DNA of 32,000 nt from Candidatus Minimicrobia sp. QA0096 (GCF_963967315.1 NZ_OZ017288.1:570001-602000); one strand, 5' to 3'; positions 7,782 through 16,734 are shown, counted from the first letter of the stretch. Notes: generated from the sequence alone by a model not told the origin. Made by a program: numbers and translations.

Positions 7782-8363
7782 ATGGACAAGCAGGCTAAAT
7801 TGGATGCGTTGGCGGAAGAAATTGTAAAAGAGAAGGTTTGCTCGGATTTGGCGGATCAGGCGACACAGCTTGTTATGGGCGATGGAAATCCTGATGCTGA
7901 TATCGTTTTTATTGGCGAGGCGCCGGGGAAGAATGAAGATTTGCAGGGCAAGCCGTTCGTTGGCGCTGCGGGAAAATTCCTTGATGAGATGCTAAAGTCT
8001 GCTAATCTACAACGTTCAGATGTATATATTACCAACATTGTTAAATATCGTCCACCAAATAATCGCGACCCACTGCCGGAGGAAAAGCGACAATTTTGGC
8101 CATATTTACTCAGACAATTAGAGATTATCCAGCCAAAGGCCATTCTGACCTTAGGGCGACACAGCGGCGGCGGGTTTATTCCGGGATTGCAGATCAGTAA
8201 AGAACACGGTCGTCCACGTAAAGTGCGTCTACATGATCTAGAATTTGTGGTCATTCCTCTATATCATCCAGCCGCTGCGCTTTATAACGGCGGTATGCGT
8301 CAGACTTTAATTGACGATTTTATTCAGGCTGTGGAATTTGTGAAGAATAATAGCGGCGCTTAA
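7782..8363 (+). CDS. Uracil-DNA glycosylase, family 4 type, lacking the usual Fe-S cysteines
   Basis: IVFIGEAPGKNEDLQGKPFVGAAGKFL (GEAPGxxED motif), NIVKYRPPNNRDP, and LYHPAAAL (HPS/A motif). The whole protein contains only one Cys. Confidence 0.8.
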   Translation: MDKQAKLDALAEEIVKEKVCSDLADQATQLVMGDGNPDADIVFIGEAPGKNEDLQGKPFVGAAGKFLDEMLKSANLQRSDVYITNIVKYRPPNNRDPLPEEKRQFWPYLLRQLEIIQPKAILTLGRHSGGGFIPGLQISKEHGRPRKVRLHDLEFVVIPLYHPAAALYNGGMRQTLIDDFIQAVEFVKNNSGA

Positions 8364-8376
8364 TTAGACTATTTTC

Positions 8377-8405
8377 TTGCAAAAGTTTTCCAGACGTAGT
8401 ATAGT
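8377..8405 (+). promoter_or_regulatory. Putative promoter for the Rrf2-YhgE/Pip operon
   Basis: TTGCAA (8377-8382), 17-nt spacer, TATAGT (8400-8405). Confidence 0.45.
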
Positions 8406-8448
8406 GGATAGTCGATATCTATTATATCTAAGTCGAGAAAGGATTTGT

Positions 8449-8883
8449 ATGAGATTATCGGGAGCTGTTGAACAGGCGTGCTGCATTATGGCAATTCTGG
8501 CGGATCCGAAAAGGACGACGCCGGTAACTAATGATGCGCTGGCGGAAAAGATGCTGGTTTCGCCGACGTACTTGAAGAAAATTAGTCGGAAATTGGTAAT
8601 AGCAAAGCTAATCACTTCAACGCAAGGAACTGGCGGCGGATTTATTTTAGCAAGAAAAATGAACGAAGTTACGTTGCATGATGTTGTCCTTGCAATTGAG
8701 GGAGAATCGCCATTTTTCCAACCTCAGGGAATTGTTGAGAGAGTTTTTCAATCGCGTCCTCGTCAGGTGGAAATTGGCATGAATATGATAGAAAAGGTTT
8801 TTTCTGAAGCGCAGGAAAAGTGGAGTGAATATTTGAAAACTGTGACACTGGAAGATGTAGCAAAGGAGGTTACGCATGATTAA
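8449..8883 (+). CDS. Rrf2 family transcriptional regulator (no C-terminal Cys cluster ligands)
   Basis: wHTH pattern VSPTYLKKISRKLVIAKLITSTQGTGGGFILARK. Start chosen at ATG 8449 (MRLSGAVEQA), the usual Rrf2 N-terminus. Confidence 0.8.
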   Translation: MRLSGAVEQACCIMAILADPKRTTPVTNDALAEKMLVSPTYLKKISRKLVIAKLITSTQGTGGGFILARKMNEVTLHDVVLAIEGESPFFQPQGIVERVFQSRPRQVEIGMNMIEKVFSEAQEKWSEYLKTVTLEDVAKEVTHD

Positions 8884-10960
8884 AAATAAGATGTTACGAG
8901 CCGAGTGGAAGCATTTGTTTAATAATAAAATATTGCTGATATCCATGGCTGTGATTTCGTTTATCCCGATTTTATACAGTGGATTTTTCCTAGGCTCAAT
9001 TTGGGATCCATACGGACAAACAAAAAACTTGCCGGTGGCGTTTGTGAATGAAGATAAGGGCACCAGCTTAAATGGCAAATCGCTGAATGTAGGCGAATCT
9101 GTCGAGAAAAAACTGAAAGATAATCACGATTTGGGCTGGGAGTTTGTTAGCAAACAACAAGCAGACGAAGGTGTGAATAACGGGCATTTTTATGCAGTGG
9201 TAACTATTCCGTCCGATTTTTCGCAGAAAGTGGCGTCAATTACCAAATCTGAACCTCAGCAAGCGGTTATTAATTTTACAACCACGCCAGCGAAAAACTA
9301 CATAGGTTCGCTAGTCAGTAATCAAGCTGCCGCCAAGGTCAAATCTTCGGTGTCTGAGCAAATCACTCAGGCGTACGCTAAGGGAATTTTGGAGAATTTG
9401 GACAAGCTTGGAATGGGGCTGGACACGGCGGCTAACGGCGCGTCAACTTTGCACGACGGATTAGGGCGATTGCAATCTGGCACACAAACATACGTTGGTG
9501 GCGTTAAACAGTTGGCAGTAAACCAGCAATCCTTGGCTGGCGGATTGGCGCAACTTAGCGACGGTTCTCATAAATTACAGGCGGGATTGGGGCAATTGTC
9601 GAACAATTTGCCGACCGAATCTCAATTGTCGCAATTATCTGACGGTATGAAGCAATTGCAATCGGGCATAAATCAGTTAAACGCCAGCGTGAGGAATCCA
9701 TCGCCAGCGCTCGTGGCTCAACAAAACAAGGTAGAAACGGACGCGCAAACTTTGGTGCAAACAATGAAAGATTCGGAGTCCGACTTGTTGACGGCGGGCG
9801 ATACTTTGCGGATTTTGGGCGCGCAAGCAGCCGCTTCTGGTGGCGATTCTACGACGATAAGTTTGCCACAAATTAGCAGTATTTCTCAGGCACTTAAAAA
9901 AACTCAGCCAATTATCGTGCAGATGGGGATGCTACATGAAGATCTTCAAACTCTAAAACAGCAACTATCAGCACAACAAACGCAACTTCAGGCTGGAGTT
10001 TCTGCATTAAATAACGGCGTGAATCAATTGGCGCCAAACGCAATCACCGCATTTAACGGCTATAACAGCGTGCGATTCGCGAACAATCAATTATTGGCGG
10101 GCTCAGCAAGCTTAACAAACGGCTTAAGCGAAGCAAAATCGGGCAGTCAAAAATTGGCGAATGGTGCGAGTTTGTTAGAAAGCCGCTCGGGTGCGTTGAT
10201 TGATGGAACTTCGCAACTAGCAAGCGGCGCAGATACGCTAGCGAATAAATTGGCGGACGCTTCTAATCGCATAAAAATTCAACCAACTGGTGCTACGACT
10301 CAACAGCAAATTGCAAATCCAGTGAAGTCGGAAATGACCGAAAAGGGCAATGTTCCGAATTATGGCTACGCTTTGTCGCCGTATGTTTTGTCGCTAAGTT
10401 TGTTCGTTGGGGCACTCGTTCTGAACGTTATTTATCCGATCCGCAAAACTTTTTCTGAACAGGAAAGTGCGATTCGTTGGTGGTTATCTAAAGCTTCGGT
10501 GGCTGGCGTGGCGGCGTTTATGCAAGCAACGATTTTGATGCTGGTGATGGTGTTTTTCTTAGGGCTAACTCCAGAGCATCCAGCGCATTTCATCGGGGCA
10601 ATTTATCTGACGTCGTTTGCGTATATGTCGATTGTGTCGCTTTTGGTAATTGTTTTGGACAATCCAGGGCGATTCCTAGCGATGGTTCTTTTGGTGCTTC
10701 AATTGGGCTCCAGCGAGGGAACGTTCCCAATCCAAACCGCCAACGGATTCTTCCAAGCAATTAATCCGCTAGTGCCGATGACTTACTCGATTCGCGCATT
10801 GCGCCAGGCTATTTCGGGTGGGCTAGATAACGCATTTTACGGCGGCAGTATGTGGGTTTTGGTTGGATTTTTGTTGGTGGCTAATTTATTGACAATCGGC
10901 TTCTTCACTTATCGTGGTAAGCGTAAATTCGCACACACGTCGGTGGATGGCGATGATTAA
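8876..10960 (+). CDS. YhgE/Pip domain membrane protein (phage-infection-protein family)
   Basis: N-terminal TM helix followed by FFLGSIWDPYGQTKNLPVAFVNEDKG. The long central region has xxxLxxG-type heptads (GLGRLQSG, GLAQLSDG, GLGQLSNN, GMKQLQSG). The C-terminal block has multiple TM helices in an ABC-2-like arrangement. AAGGAGG Shine-Dalgarno. The gene overlaps the Rrf2 gene by 8 nt. Confidence 0.8.
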   Translation: MIKNKMLRAEWKHLFNNKILLISMAVISFIPILYSGFFLGSIWDPYGQTKNLPVAFVNEDKGTSLNGKSLNVGESVEKKLKDNHDLGWEFVSKQQADEGVNNGHFYAVVTIPSDFSQKVASITKSEPQQAVINFTTTPAKNYIGSLVSNQAAAKVKSSVSEQITQAYAKGILENLDKLGMGLDTAANGASTLHDGLGRLQSGTQTYVGGVKQLAVNQQSLAGGLAQLSDGSHKLQAGLGQLSNNLPTESQLSQLSDGMKQLQSGINQLNASVRNPSPALVAQQNKVETDAQTLVQTMKDSESDLLTAGDTLRILGAQAAASGGDSTTISLPQISSISQALKKTQPIIVQMGMLHEDLQTLKQQLSAQQTQLQAGVSALNNGVNQLAPNAITAFNGYNSVRFANNQLLAGSASLTNGLSEAKSGSQKLANGASLLESRSGALIDGTSQLASGADTLANKLADASNRIKIQPTGATTQQQIANPVKSEMTEKGNVPNYGYALSPYVLSLSLFVGALVLNVIYPIRKTFSEQESAIRWWLSKASVAGVAAFMQATILMLVMVFFLGLTPEHPAHFIGAIYLTSFAYMSIVSLLVIVLDNPGRFLAMVLLVLQLGSSEGTFPIQTANGFFQAINPLVPMTYSIRALRQAISGGLDNAFYGGSMWVLVGFLLVANLLTIGFFTYRGKRKFAHTSVDGDD

Positions 10961-10987
10961 TTGACCTCTGTTATAAAACATTGTTCT

Positions 10988-11016
10988 TTGACAAAAAATG
11001 AGCGGTTTGCTAATAT
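10988..11016 (+). promoter_or_regulatory. Putative promoter for rnj
   Basis: TTGACA (10988-10993), 17-nt spacer, TAATAT (11011-11016). This implies a leader of about 80 nt. Confidence 0.45.
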
Positions 11017-11102
11017 AAGAGTACTAACTAGAGGAATTTACATCAGTTCACCTCTATACCTGGTTTTTGAATTATATTGTAATAAAAAAGGAGTATAACA
11101 AT

Positions 11103-13262
11103 ATGGGTCAGCGGCGACTAGCAACACCGCAAAAAGATGACGCCAATAAGCGTCCGCAGTCAAAGAAAAGCAACAATGCAGTTTTGAATAGCACAACTAC
11201 TCGTAAGGGTGAGGTTTTCCGAGCTCAGCGACGAACGAGCGAGAACGTTAATCTCAGGGCTTCACAGCACTTGATTGATATTCCTGTAAATAAGTCGGTT
11301 TACAACGGATATGGTGGTGAGCAATTTAGCGCCAAAATGCAGCCAAAACCTGTTCGCGGCGGTCAGCCGAAACTGCGCATTATTCCGATTGGTGGCGTGG
11401 GCGAAATGGGAATTGGTAAGAATATGAATGCCATTGAATATGATGATGAAATTATCATCGTAGATATGGGCTTTTTGTTCCCGGGCAGTGATTATCCAGG
11501 CATCAATTACATCACGCCAGATATTACTTGGCTGGAAGAGAATAAGCATAAAATTAAGGCACACGTATTTACGCACGGACACCTTGACCACATTGGTTCG
11601 TTCCGTCACTTCATTCATCGTATTCCAGCGCCAGTTTATGGCTCTAAGTTTACGATTGGCATGCTTGATCGAACGATGGACGATTCAGAAGTGGATTTTA
11701 AGCCAGATTATCGAGTGATGGATCCGCTGAGTCACGAAATTGTTCAAGTTTCTAAGCATTTTTCAATCGAGTTGGTGCGAGTTAACCACTCAATTCCTGA
11801 TTCTACGGCGGTGATTATTCGAACTCCAATGGGTGTGATTGTCGATTCTGGTGACTGGCGATTTGAGGAAAGTCCAGTTGACGGTCAAAAGTTTGACCTT
11901 GAGCGACTTACGGATGTGGCTTCAAAAGAAGGCATTTTGATGCTCATGAACGAGTCGACCAACTGTGAGTCGGCTGGCACACACACGCACACAGAGTTTG
12001 ATATTCAGTATTCCATCGGTCAGGTGATGGACAAGTTTAGTAATAGTCGAGTTATTTTAAGCTGTTTCTCATCGCAGGTGCATCGCTTGCAATTAATTTT
12101 AGAAGAGGCGCATAAGCACGGACGCAAGGTGGCATTTGCTGGATTCTCGATGATTCAAAACCTGGAAGTGGCGTTGCGTTCGGGGACGATTAAGATTCCT
12201 AAAGACACCATCATGAAGATGGAAGATATTGTTAAATTGCCAGATAATCAAATTGCCGTAGTTTGTACTGGATCGCAAGGTGAGTTTAATGCTGTCTTAA
12301 ATCGCATGGCGACGGGTGCTCATAAATATATGAAGATTAAGGGCTCGGACGTTGTAGTGTTTAGCTCAAATCCAATTCCTGGCAATGAAAAAAGCGTGGT
12401 GCGAACGGTTGACGGTCTGATGCGTGAAGGTTCTGATGTTATTCAGAATGGTAAAACCCACTTAACAGGTGTCGGTCCGCTGCACTTGTCAGGTCACGGC
12501 TATTATGACGATCATGTCAAATTGATCAACGCGCTTAACCCAACTTACTATATGCCAATTCACGGTGAATTCCATATGTTGGTGCATAATGCCAGATTGG
12601 CGGAAAAGGAATGTGGAATTCCTCGCAAGAATATTTTTGTGTGCGATGCTGGAGATATTATTGAGATTGATATTGAAAGGCAAGCAAAGAAGGCTGGGCG
12701 AATTCATGTTGGCGGTGTGATGTATGATGATACTGGCGCGATTGTTTCTGAGGTTGTGCTGAAAGATCGCATTCACATGTCGCAAGAGGGAATGTTTGTT
12801 GTGGTGCTGACCGTACAGCGCGGCACAGGACGATTATTAACTAGCCCAGACATTATTTCTCGCGGATTTATTTACTTGCGCGACTCTGAAGAGTTGATGA
12901 ATATGATTCGCCAATACTTGAAGCAAAAAGCGGCACGTAGTTTTTCTGGCAAATATGATTTGGATGTGATTAAAAAAGAGATTAAAGATGAGATTACGCA
13001 TATATTGTACGATCAGACTCGCCGAACACCGATTGTTATTCCGGTGATTAACGAAGTTGGCGGATTGAAGTCTGTAAAGTCGGAAGCTGCGTCAGCTCAT
13101 TCTGTTTCAAAATCGCCAGCGCGCGGTAAGAGACCCGCCTCGGGCGAGTCAAAAATGACCCTTCCGACTACGCCGCGTCGTCGTTTTCCGCAGCGCCAAG
13201 TACCAGATACGGAAGCCAATGACACAAAAGCCAGGGAGCGGCAGAATACTCGCCCGTACTAG
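11103..13262 (+). CDS. rnj: Ribonuclease J with basic N- and C-terminal extensions
   Basis: Metallo-beta-lactamase motif HVFTHGHLDHIGSF, with beta-CASP and C-terminal domains. AAGGAG lies upstream of ATG 11103. Confidence 0.9.
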   Translation: MGQRRLATPQKDDANKRPQSKKSNNAVLNSTTTRKGEVFRAQRRTSENVNLRASQHLIDIPVNKSVYNGYGGEQFSAKMQPKPVRGGQPKLRIIPIGGVGEMGIGKNMNAIEYDDEIIIVDMGFLFPGSDYPGINYITPDITWLEENKHKIKAHVFTHGHLDHIGSFRHFIHRIPAPVYGSKFTIGMLDRTMDDSEVDFKPDYRVMDPLSHEIVQVSKHFSIELVRVNHSIPDSTAVIIRTPMGVIVDSGDWRFEESPVDGQKFDLERLTDVASKEGILMLMNESTNCESAGTHTHTEFDIQYSIGQVMDKFSNSRVILSCFSSQVHRLQLILEEAHKHGRKVAFAGFSMIQNLEVALRSGTIKIPKDTIMKMEDIVKLPDNQIAVVCTGSQGEFNAVLNRMATGAHKYMKIKGSDVVVFSSNPIPGNEKSVVRTVDGLMREGSDVIQNGKTHLTGVGPLHLSGHGYYDDHVKLINALNPTYYMPIHGEFHMLVHNARLAEKECGIPRKNIFVCDAGDIIEIDIERQAKKAGRIHVGGVMYDDTGAIVSEVVLKDRIHMSQEGMFVVVLTVQRGTGRLLTSPDIISRGFIYLRDSEELMNMIRQYLKQKAARSFSGKYDLDVIKKEIKDEITHILYDQTRRTPIVIPVINEVGGLKSVKSEAASAHSVSKSPARGKRPASGESKMTLPTTPRRRFPQRQVPDTEANDTKARERQNTRPY

Positions 13263-13271
13263 GGTTCTAGA

Positions 13272-13300
13272 TTGATTTTGCTGGTGAATTATGCTATAAT
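13272..13300 (+). promoter_or_regulatory. Putative promoter P1 upstream of ftsK
   Basis: TTGATT (13272-13277), 17-nt spacer, TATAAT (13295-13300). Confidence 0.5.
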
Positions 13301-13316
13301 ACTAAGCGTATTAAGT

Positions 13317-13348
13317 TGATTTTACATCTGTTAATAAGTGTAAAATCA
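13317..13348. repeat. Perfect 10-bp inverted repeat TGATTTTACA-N12-TGTAAAATCA
   Basis: Read directly from the sequence. It lies between promoter P1 and a second TATAAT at 13352-13357, which is 10 nt upstream of the ftsK ATG. Confidence 0.85.
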
Positions 13349-13367
13349 GTGTATAATAAAAACGATT

Positions 13368-15581
13368 ATGGCAAAAAAACGAAAGAGCACGAAAAAATCC
13401 GCACCAGCCAAGCCGCAGCATAGTTTGCCGGCGGGTTTTTGGTCGCAAGTTGGCGCGGTGATGCTTATTCTTTTGTCGCTACTACTTGTCGTATCGTGGT
13501 TTGGCGTTGGTGGTCCAGTTTTACAATGGATTGATATGGCGACCGTAAAAACTATTGGTTACACCGCGTATGCCTTGCCGATATTGCTGATTTATTTGGC
13601 GGTTGAGACTTTCCGAGCGGAAGAGAATCAATTGCCTACAGTGGTGAAATTTGCGGCAATTCTGGAAATTGTGTGGTTTTCTGGATTGTTTGGGCTAATG
13701 AAGACGGCTTCGCATCCGAATTCTGGTGGATTTGTGGGCGATATATTGAATACGGCAACCTTGAAAATGGTAGATTCGGCAATTGCGGTGATTATTTATC
13801 TGGTTTTGGCGTTTATAACAGTTCTATTTATTACTCAAACGTCACCGTTTACGGTTTTCAGTAAACTTTGGGAGATATTAAAGAGCAATACCAAGGAAGA
13901 CGATGATAATCGTTCTGTTATGAAGAAGGCGTCAATTGCTCAGCCAGCAGAAGAAGAGAAAAAGACCGACCTGGGAGAAATTAAGCTAAACGCCGGTGTG
14001 CCAATAATTGATACAGCCAAAGAGAAAAAGAGTCTATTGAAGAAAGTAGAGAAGCCGGAAAAGGCCAATGAAGAACAGGCTTTGGTGGCAACTCGTGATC
14101 CGAATTGGGAGGCGCCAAGCTTGGATCTATTAGAGAAGAACGAAAGCGGTGCTGATGCTGGAGATACGCGCCAGAACGCCCAAATAATCCACGATACGCT
14201 GGCTGAATTTAATATTGAAGCGGCGATGGGCGACATTAATGTTGGTCCAAAAGTCACGCAATACACCCTAAGACCACCAAGTGGGGTTAAATTGACGCGA
14301 ATTACGGCGCTGGAAACTAACATTGCGCTTAATTTGGCAGCACAAAGTTTAAGGATTGAGGCGCCAATTCCTGGTCAGCGAGCGGTTGGTATTGAGGTAC
14401 CTAACCGTAAGGCTGCTGAAGTTCGCCTACGAAGTACTTTGTCGTCGAAGCAGTGGGCTGCTGCTCGTGATCCTTTGAGTTTTGGAATTGGTAAAGATAT
14501 ATCTGGTCAAGTTGTTGTGGGTGAACTGGGAAAGATGCCGCATTTGTTGATTGCTGGACAAACGGGTTCTGGTAAGTCTGTGATGATTAATACTTTGCTG
14601 TGTAGCTTGCTGTATCGCAATAGTCCGAGTGATATGAAGTTGATTCTGGTTGACCCGAAGCAAGTTGAAATGGCACCGTATGCTGATATTCCGCACCTTC
14701 TTACGCCAGTTATTAATGAACCAGAGAAGACCATTTCAGCTTTGAAGTGGGCGGTGAATGAGATGGAGCGACGCTACAAATTGTTGGCGGGCGAGAAAAT
14801 CCGTAATATTAAGGAATACAACAAGAGACTGCAGTCGCGCGCTAAGAAGATTGCGATTGCTGATGAAAATGGCAATGTTCAGGAGCATGAAGATGGATCG
14901 ATGCCGTATATTGTGATTGTGGTGGATGAGATGTCTGACCTTATGATGATGGCTAAAAAGGATGTTGAGACGTTAATTGTTCGATTGGCGCAGAAATCGC
15001 GAGCGGTTGGTATTCACTTGGTATTGGCAACTCAGCGTCCGAGTGTGAATGTTATTACTGGTTTGATTAAGGCTAACGTGCCGGCGCGCATTGCCTTTAC
15101 GGTGGCTAGTCAAGTTGACAGTATTACGATCTTAGACCAATCTGGAGCTGAAAAACTATTAGGTCAGGGTGATATGCTATTTTACGTAACAAGTATGAGC
15201 AAGCCAAAACGTATTCAGGGTGCCTGGGTGACAGATGACGAGGTGAATAAAATTGCCGATCATTTGCGTATGCAGATGGCTCCGCAGTACAACGATGAAG
15301 TGGTGGCTCAGCCGGTTCAATTGGACGGCAAGGGTGGCGTCGTGATGGACTTATCTGAAGGTGGTGATGATAAGTTTAAGGATGCGGTTCGTGTGGTGGT
15401 CGAACGACGCAAGGCCTCAACAAGTATGCTGCAAACGCGCCTGGGAATTGGTTATCAGCGAGCAGCGCGAATTATTGAAGAGATGGAAGAGCGGGGAATC
15501 ATTGGTCCGCAGAATGGTTCTAAGCCACGTGATGTTTTGATTTCTAGTCCAGAAGAGCTTGAGGAATTGCTGGCGGAATAG
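13368..15581 (+). CDS. ftsK: DNA translocase FtsK/SpoIIIE
   Basis: N-terminal TM helices, a linker, Walker A LIAGQTGSGKSVMIN, Walker B YIVIVVDEMSDL, and a gamma winged-helix domain (STSMLQTRLGIGYQRAARIIEEME). Confidence 0.9.
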   Translation: MAKKRKSTKKSAPAKPQHSLPAGFWSQVGAVMLILLSLLLVVSWFGVGGPVLQWIDMATVKTIGYTAYALPILLIYLAVETFRAEENQLPTVVKFAAILEIVWFSGLFGLMKTASHPNSGGFVGDILNTATLKMVDSAIAVIIYLVLAFITVLFITQTSPFTVFSKLWEILKSNTKEDDDNRSVMKKASIAQPAEEEKKTDLGEIKLNAGVPIIDTAKEKKSLLKKVEKPEKANEEQALVATRDPNWEAPSLDLLEKNESGADAGDTRQNAQIIHDTLAEFNIEAAMGDINVGPKVTQYTLRPPSGVKLTRITALETNIALNLAAQSLRIEAPIPGQRAVGIEVPNRKAAEVRLRSTLSSKQWAAARDPLSFGIGKDISGQVVVGELGKMPHLLIAGQTGSGKSVMINTLLCSLLYRNSPSDMKLILVDPKQVEMAPYADIPHLLTPVINEPEKTISALKWAVNEMERRYKLLAGEKIRNIKEYNKRLQSRAKKIAIADENGNVQEHEDGSMPYIVIVVDEMSDLMMMAKKDVETLIVRLAQKSRAVGIHLVLATQRPSVNVITGLIKANVPARIAFTVASQVDSITILDQSGAEKLLGQGDMLFYVTSMSKPKRIQGAWVTDDEVNKIADHLRMQMAPQYNDEVVAQPVQLDGKGGVVMDLSEGGDDKFKDAVRVVVERRKASTSMLQTRLGIGYQRAARIIEEMEERGIIGPQNGSKPRDVLISSPEELEELLAE

Positions 15582-15609
15582 TAATTGTTACGACTTATCA
15601 GTAGTGAGA

Positions 15610-15639
15610 TTGGCAATATTGGCTGTTTAGTGATATAAT
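15610..15639 (+). promoter_or_regulatory. Putative promoter for the rpsF-ssb-rpsR operon
   Basis: TTGGCA (15610-15615), 18-nt spacer, TATAAT (15634-15639). The leader is about 65 nt and contains the hairpin GCTTACG / CGTAAGC (15661-15682). Confidence 0.5.
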
Positions 15640-15711
15640 AGCAATTGAATATTAACCTAAGCTTACGTGAGACAGCGTAAGCATCCGTAAATGGATTCCA
15701 GAGGAGGAAAC

Positions 15712-16065
15712 ATGAACGAATACGAACTAACTGTTCTTATTCACCCGGATTTAGAGGCTAATCTAGATTCAGCGTTGGATAAGGTACGTGGTTTAATCAC
15801 TACTAACGGTGGTGAAATTACTAAAGAAGATAACTGGGGCAAGAAAAAATTGGCCTACACAATCAAGCGTGAAGATTTTGCAGTTTACGTTTGCTTTGAG
15901 GTTAAATTGCCAGCACCAGCTTTGTTGAAGATTTCAAATACGCTTAATATTACCGACGAAGTTTTGCGTTACCTATTGGTAAAAACTGATGAAAAAACTC
16001 GTCAAGCATTAAGCGAGCAAAAAGCACGCAACGAAGAATCTGATTCAAGCGAATCAAGTAAATAA
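15712..16065 (+). CDS. rpsF: 30S ribosomal protein S6
   Basis: MNEYELTVLIHPD start, GGAGGA Shine-Dalgarno, and an acidic/Ser-rich tail. It sits in the conserved rpsF-ssb-rpsR order. Confidence 0.9.
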   Translation: MNEYELTVLIHPDLEANLDSALDKVRGLITTNGGEITKEDNWGKKKLAYTIKREDFAVYVCFEVKLPAPALLKISNTLNITDEVLRYLLVKTDEKTRQALSEQKARNEESDSSESSK

Positions 16066-16100
16066 GCCTAACTGCCGTAAGGTAAAAGAGGGGATAGAAT

Positions 16101-16523
16101 ATGGCACGAAGTATCAATCAAGTGATTTTGTTGGGTAGATTGACACGCGATCCAGAACAGCGAACAACTGCTTCTGGCAAGAACGTAGTTAGTTTCAGTA
16201 TTGCTGTTGATCGACAATCTCAAGACGATCAGGCTGACTTTTTCAATATCACAGCCTGGGATAAACTTGGTGATTTGGTAATGCAATATCTAAGCAAAGG
16301 TCGTCGGGTTTTGATCCAAGGACGACTGCGACAGGATAGCTGGGAAGATAAGGATACCGGTAAAAGGCAGAGTCGAATTGAAGTTACTGCTTCGGACGTA
16401 ACGTTCTTAGACGGTCCAAATGGCGATAATTCAGGTTCTGCAGCACCAAAGACTACTAAAAAAGAGGAAGTCGTAACGGAAATTGACGATAAGCCAATTG
16501 ACCTAAGCGAAATTCCATTCTAA
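16101..16523 (+). CDS. ssb: Single-stranded DNA-binding protein
   Basis: OB-fold N-terminus ([15 protein letters not shown]) and an acidic C-terminal tip DLSEIPF. Confidence 0.9.
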   Translation: MARSINQVILLGRLTRDPEQRTTASGKNVVSFSIAVDRQSQDDQADFFNITAWDKLGDLVMQYLSKGRRVLIQGRLRQDSWEDKDTGKRQSRIEVTASDVTFLDGPNGDNSGSAAPKTTKKEEVVTEIDDKPIDLSEIPF

Positions 16524-16536
16524 TAAGGAGATTAAA

Positions 16537-16734
16537 ATGGCACAATTGAAGAAAAATCCACCGATTATTTTTGACTATAAAGATGTAAAAACTTTGCAAC
16601 GTTACATCAATGTTTACGGTCAAATCGAGCCAATCAGCAAGACTGGTTTGAGCGAAAAGCAACAGCGAAGCTTGGCAGTAGCAATTAAGCGTGCTCGCCA
16701 CTTGGCTTTGTTACCATTTGTCAGCAGCAACTAG
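16537..16734 (+). CDS. rpsR: 30S ribosomal protein S18
   Basis: [12 protein letters not shown] and [21 protein letters not shown]. Confidence 0.9.
   Translation: MAQLKKNPPIIFDYKDVKTLQRYINVYGQIEPISKTGLSEKQQRSLAVAIKRARHLALLPFVSSN

Noticed and set aside
8647-9078. 143-aa minus-strand ORF spanning the Rrf2 / YhgE-Pip junction
   Set aside because: It overlaps two well-supported plus-strand genes, including their coupled junction. It has no recognisable motifs or translation signals.
15661-15682. Hairpin GCTTACG/CGTAAGC considered as a terminator for ftsK
   Set aside because: No U-tract follows it, and it lies downstream of the rpsF promoter -10 box. It is better explained as part of the rpsF leader.
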